From: an uncultured Spirochaetia bacterium
GTDB lineage: Bacteria; Spirochaetota; JAHITG01; CAZBCL01
Assembly: GCA_964490645.1 (NCBI GenBank)
Contig: CAZBCL010000002.1
Span: 191,445 to 255,444, forward strand
Reading direction: 5' to 3'
DNA length: 64,000 nucleotides
Shown here: piece after piece, positions 60,537 through 64,000 of the stretch
Numbering within the stretch: the first letter of the stretch is position 1
How the letters are laid out: every line of letters begins with the position of its first letter
Translations under genes and position numbers: made by a program
The notes under the pieces: generated by a model
Seen by the model: only the letters and a program-made list of their open reading frames with translations
What the model was told of the DNA's origin: nothing
Databases searched by the model: none

Positions 60537-61781
60537 ATGAAATATACGGAATGCAAAGCGAAAGATAAAAAATATATTATCGGTAATTATCCGCGTTATC
60601 CGCTGATGATAAAATCAGGACACGGATGCACCGTAAAAGATGATACCGGGAAAGAATACCTTGATTTTCTGTCAGGAATCGGTGTTTCAGTACTTGGACA
60701 TCAGCATAAAAATATTATTAAAGCAATCACCACTCAAACGGGGAAAATACTGCATACCTCAAATCTTTACTACTCACAACCAATGGTTGATTTTGCTGAA
60801 ATGCTCGTTCATAATGCATTTTCATCAAAAGTCTTTTTCTGCAACAGTGGGGCTGAAGCAAATGAAGCAGCAATAAAACTTGCACGGCTTGTCGGATTGC
60901 AATACGGAAAAACAAAAAATAAAATCATTACGATCAAAAACTCCTTCCACGGACGGACGCTGGGTGCACTTGCCGCAACCGGACAAAAAAAATTCCATGC
61001 GGGATATGCTCCATTACCCGGTGGTTTTATCGCTGTTACCGCAAATGATACTAAAGCTCTTAAAAAAGCAATTGATAAAGATACCTGTGCCGTTCTGTTT
61101 GAATGCATTCAGGGAGAAGCAGGCGTCTATCCGCTTTCAAAAGATTTTGTGAAAACAATATATACTGCATCACGGAAAAATGACGCCATTATGATTATTG
61201 ATGAAGTTCAAACAGGATTCGGCAGAACCGGAAAATTATTCGCCTATCAGCACTTCGGCATCAAACCGGACATCATGACTCTTTCAAAAGGCATTGCCGG
61301 CGGTTTGCCGATGGGTGCTATGCTCGCACGGCCGCATCTCGCAAAACTTTTTGAACCGGATAAGTATAATGCTCTTACCGGTTCTCCGGCAACAGCACAT
61401 GCATCAACCTTTGGCGGGAACCCTGTGTGCGCTGCTGCGGCACTGGCGGTATTAAAACAATTAACCGTAAAAGGATATCTAAATAAGATTACCTATCTTG
61501 GACGCTACATGAAAGACCGCTTAAGCCGACTGAGCAAAAAAATTAAAAGTGTTATTACTGATGTGCGGGGTATGGGTTTTATGATTGCACTTGATATTTC
61601 TCTTGATGCTCCTTCGGTTCGGAACACTGTTCAAAAAAAAGGACTTTTGATTAACAGTATCGGTACGCACACCTTACGTATGCTGCCGCCGCTTATTGCC
61701 GGTAAAAAAGATATTGATAAAGCGATTTCCATTCTTGATGAAGCGCTGGGTGATGTTAAGATACTGACACGGGGACGATAA
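60537..61781 (+). CDS. argD: Acetylornithine aminotransferase
   Basis: NSGAEANE, SFHGRT, DEVQTG.GRTG, SKG (PLP Lys) and STFGGNP. Confidence 0.95.
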   Translation: MKYTECKAKDKKYIIGNYPRYPLMIKSGHGCTVKDDTGKEYLDFLSGIGVSVLGHQHKNIIKAITTQTGKILHTSNLYYSQPMVDFAEMLVHNAFSSKVFFCNSGAEANEAAIKLARLVGLQYGKTKNKIITIKNSFHGRTLGALAATGQKKFHAGYAPLPGGFIAVTANDTKALKKAIDKDTCAVLFECIQGEAGVYPLSKDFVKTIYTASRKNDAIMIIDEVQTGFGRTGKLFAYQHFGIKPDIMTLSKGIAGGLPMGAMLARPHLAKLFEPDKYNALTGSPATAHASTFGGNPVCAAAALAVLKQLTVKGYLNKITYLGRYMKDRLSRLSKKIKSVITDVRGMGFMIALDISLDAPSVRNTVQKKGLLINSIGTHTLRMLPPLIAGKKDIDKAISILDEALGDVKILTRGR

Positions 61782-62711
61782 ATGCGCTCATCTTTTTCGC
61801 ATACAGATTGTATTAGTCTCGCAGACTTTTCTCAGGATGCTATTTGGACTATTTTAAACCTTGCCCGCGATATAAAACGTCGTCCGCGAAAATATCATTC
61901 ACATCTTTCCGATAAAACACTTGCAATGATTTTTCAAAAAGCCTCAACCCGTACCCGCGTATCATTTGAAGTTGGCATGTTTCAGCTTGGCGGGAAAGCA
62001 TTATTCCTGTCAAACAATGATATGCAATTAAATCGTGGTGAAAGCATCAGTGATACCGCGCAGGTCCTGTCCCGATTTTGTGATGGAATAATGATTCGCA
62101 CCTTTGATCATACTGATGTTATTGACCTTGCTGAACATGCAACGATACCGGTTATCAATGGGCTCACTGACCTGCTGCATCCGTGTCAAATTCTTGCTGA
62201 TCTGCAAACGATATATGAACATCACGGCACCCTTCAAAATCAAAAAATCGTTTATATCGGCGATGGTAATAATGTTGCTCATTCATGGATAAATGCTGCC
62301 GGGCGTTTAGGATTATCACTGACACTCTGCGTTCCTGAAAACTATGACCCGGATACGAAAATACTGGAAAGTGCCCGACTTTCCTGTCAGCAATCCGGCG
62401 GCACAATTACTTTGACCCGTAATCCGATGGAAGCTGCTGAAAATGCGGATGTTCTTTATACGGACGTCTGGGTTTCCATGGGACAGGACGATGAACGCAC
62501 CCGCCGCTTGCATGACCTTGCTGCATATCAGATTAACACCGCATTACTCGAAAAAGCACATTCGGATGTTCTTGTTATGCATTGTCTGCCGGCGCATCGC
62601 GGTGAAGAAATTACCGCAGAGGTAATTGACGGACCTCATTCGGTTGTATTTGATGAAGCGGAAAACCGCCTGCACGCTCAAAAAGCACTCCTTGTACTGC
62701 TTATGAAATAA
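61782..62711 (+). CDS. argF: Ornithine carbamoyltransferase
   Basis: STRTR, HPCQ, GDGNNVA, TDVWVSMG and HCLP. Confidence 0.96.
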   Translation: MRSSFSHTDCISLADFSQDAIWTILNLARDIKRRPRKYHSHLSDKTLAMIFQKASTRTRVSFEVGMFQLGGKALFLSNNDMQLNRGESISDTAQVLSRFCDGIMIRTFDHTDVIDLAEHATIPVINGLTDLLHPCQILADLQTIYEHHGTLQNQKIVYIGDGNNVAHSWINAAGRLGLSLTLCVPENYDPDTKILESARLSCQQSGGTITLTRNPMEAAENADVLYTDVWVSMGQDDERTRRLHDLAAYQINTALLEKAHSDVLVMHCLPAHRGEEITAEVIDGPHSVVFDEAENRLHAQKALLVLLMK

Positions 62712-62793
62712 TAACACCTCTCTTTCTTCTCGATTATTTATTATACTAATTTTCATTATTCTCCGATAATAAAACCATAAAGGAGATATCGCT

Positions 62794-63522
62794 ATGTACA
62801 AAACTGTCTTTATAAGCAGTATTATTGCAATGCTTCTTATCATCGGATGTAAAACCGATGTTGAACTGACACAGCAGGAAATGCACAGTACGAAACCGAT
62901 TACCCCATCCGCACCGGCAATATGCTGGAGCGGTGTTGGTCCGGCTGTTGATACACATTCAATCCCGCATATAGAACGGCTCATTGATGATTTCGATAGA
63001 ATTCGTGATAATTGGGAAACAACTTTTTCAGCAGGAAGCTCTTCGCATTTCGGACTTATTTCCGTCGTGCCCGGCAACACTATTAATCCGACAAAAACAG
63101 CAGCAGGTTTTAAGTTTTTAATTATTAATAGTAAAAAACTACACGGTCAAAATGCTTATGCGGGTATTATTCTGCGTAAAGAATTTGATTTTTCGGAATA
63201 CTCAGGATTACAGTTTCTTATTCGCGGCACAGTTCAAAAGAAAGCACGTGTACAAATATACGAACGTTCATTGTGTAATGGACAACCTGTTCATGAAGTA
63301 TGGTATCGCGATTTTACCATAACTCCTGAATGGCAAAAAATATCCGTCAATTTTGATGATATGGATGTCGTCGAATACTGGGAACAGGATTATGTCAGCG
63401 ACAATAAACAAAACTTCAGATCAATTGATGCAATAAGTTTCGGTGTTGAAAATAACTTTACGATTAATCATCAGGATACAATTTCGGGAAACATTGAACT
63501 TGATGAGATTTGGCTTTACTAA
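62794..63522 (+). CDS. Lipoprotein with a CBM11/CIA30-like carbohydrate-binding domain
   Basis: Lipobox IIG-C; DFSEYSGLQF, WQKISVNFDDM, ISFG and IELDEIWLY jelly-roll pattern; AAGGAG SD. Confidence 0.7.
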   Translation: MYKTVFISSIIAMLLIIGCKTDVELTQQEMHSTKPITPSAPAICWSGVGPAVDTHSIPHIERLIDDFDRIRDNWETTFSAGSSSHFGLISVVPGNTINPTKTAAGFKFLIINSKKLHGQNAYAGIILRKEFDFSEYSGLQFLIRGTVQKKARVQIYERSLCNGQPVHEVWYRDFTITPEWQKISVNFDDMDVVEYWEQDYVSDNKQNFRSIDAISFGVENNFTINHQDTISGNIELDEIWLY

Positions 63523-63538
63523 GCAGTTATAAAATCAG

Positions 63539-64000
63539 TTACAATCCGTTTACCAGATTTTCAACATATGTTTTAAACTCTTCATTATAATAATCGTCAA
63601 CATCAGTGTAATATTCCCGTAATAAATATTTTGCTTTTTTAATTTTTGCTGATGCAGCGGCGGCATCCCCTTTTGCTTTATAGCATAATGCTTGTTTATA
63701 TGCCAGCAATGCCATATACGCCCCGTAAATATTTTCATCAAGCAGCTCCGGTGTAGCTTTTGCCGCATTTTTATAAACCGCAACAGCATCATCATATTTA
63801 CCGGAACGGTATAATGCATCAGCTTTAAATACCTGCTCCCGTGCGGCAACCCATGGCTGCAACTGCGGACACGGATCAGGATTATCCTGCATATTTTTCC
63901 AGCCGGTATAATAATTCATGCTTTCTTCAGATGAATCCATGATACACCCGCGCGGTATGTCATACAGATCGGGTATTAAATAAACCATGTGCCCCATCTC
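63539..64000 (-). CDS. TPR-containing protein, probably partial (frame open at the right edge)
   Basis: ADALYRSGKYDDAVAVYKNA is a TPR-like helix pair; there is no upstream stop inside the window. Confidence 0.65.
   Translation of the reverse strand, partial: EMGHMVYLIPDLYDIPRGCIMDSSEESMNYYTGWKNMQDNPDPCPQLQPWVAAREQVFKADALYRSGKYDDAVAVYKNAAKATPELLDENIYGAYMALLAYKQALCYKAKGDAAAASAKIKKAKYLLREYYTDVDDYYNEEFKTYVENLVNGL

Overview
Bacterial chromosomal window of roughly 40% GC (estimated by eye), made mostly of housekeeping genes. It holds a contiguous purine-pyrimidine gene run (purC-purS-purL-purQ-purF-purM-purN-purD-purE-pyrR-pyrB-pyrC-pyrK) and envelope genes (OmpA-domain protein, soluble lytic transglycosylase, M23 peptidase plus bactofilin, LysM-M23, alpha-2-macroglobulin plus PBP1C). 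It also carries metF, tatD, a tmk(GNAT fusion)-yaaR-holB-PSP1 operon, groES-groEL, marR, mscS, a CCA-adding enzyme and argCJBDF. The gene mix suggests a diderm, possibly Spirochaetota-like organism; this is an inference and was not tested. I found no rRNA, tRNA, CRISPR array, integrase or transposase. The most interesting observations are: (1) some cytoplasmic enzymes (PurC, PurM, ArgD, PurL N-terminus) are strongly basic while their operon neighbours are acidic; (2) a 145-bp tandem repeat whose minus strand reads as back-to-back small hydrophobic ORFs; (3) a PurF with substitutions at many normally invariant residues; (4) a pseudo-receiver/pseudo-CheX fusion next to a degenerate HD-GYP protein; (5) a Tmk-GNAT fusion; (6) repeated sigma70-type promoters placed 4-10 nt before SD-less start codons, suggesting widespread leaderless mRNAs; (7) an uncharacterised envelope operon. 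All product calls come from motif recognition only; no database search was run. Several start codons were moved from the ORF track using RBS, promoter or overlap evidence.
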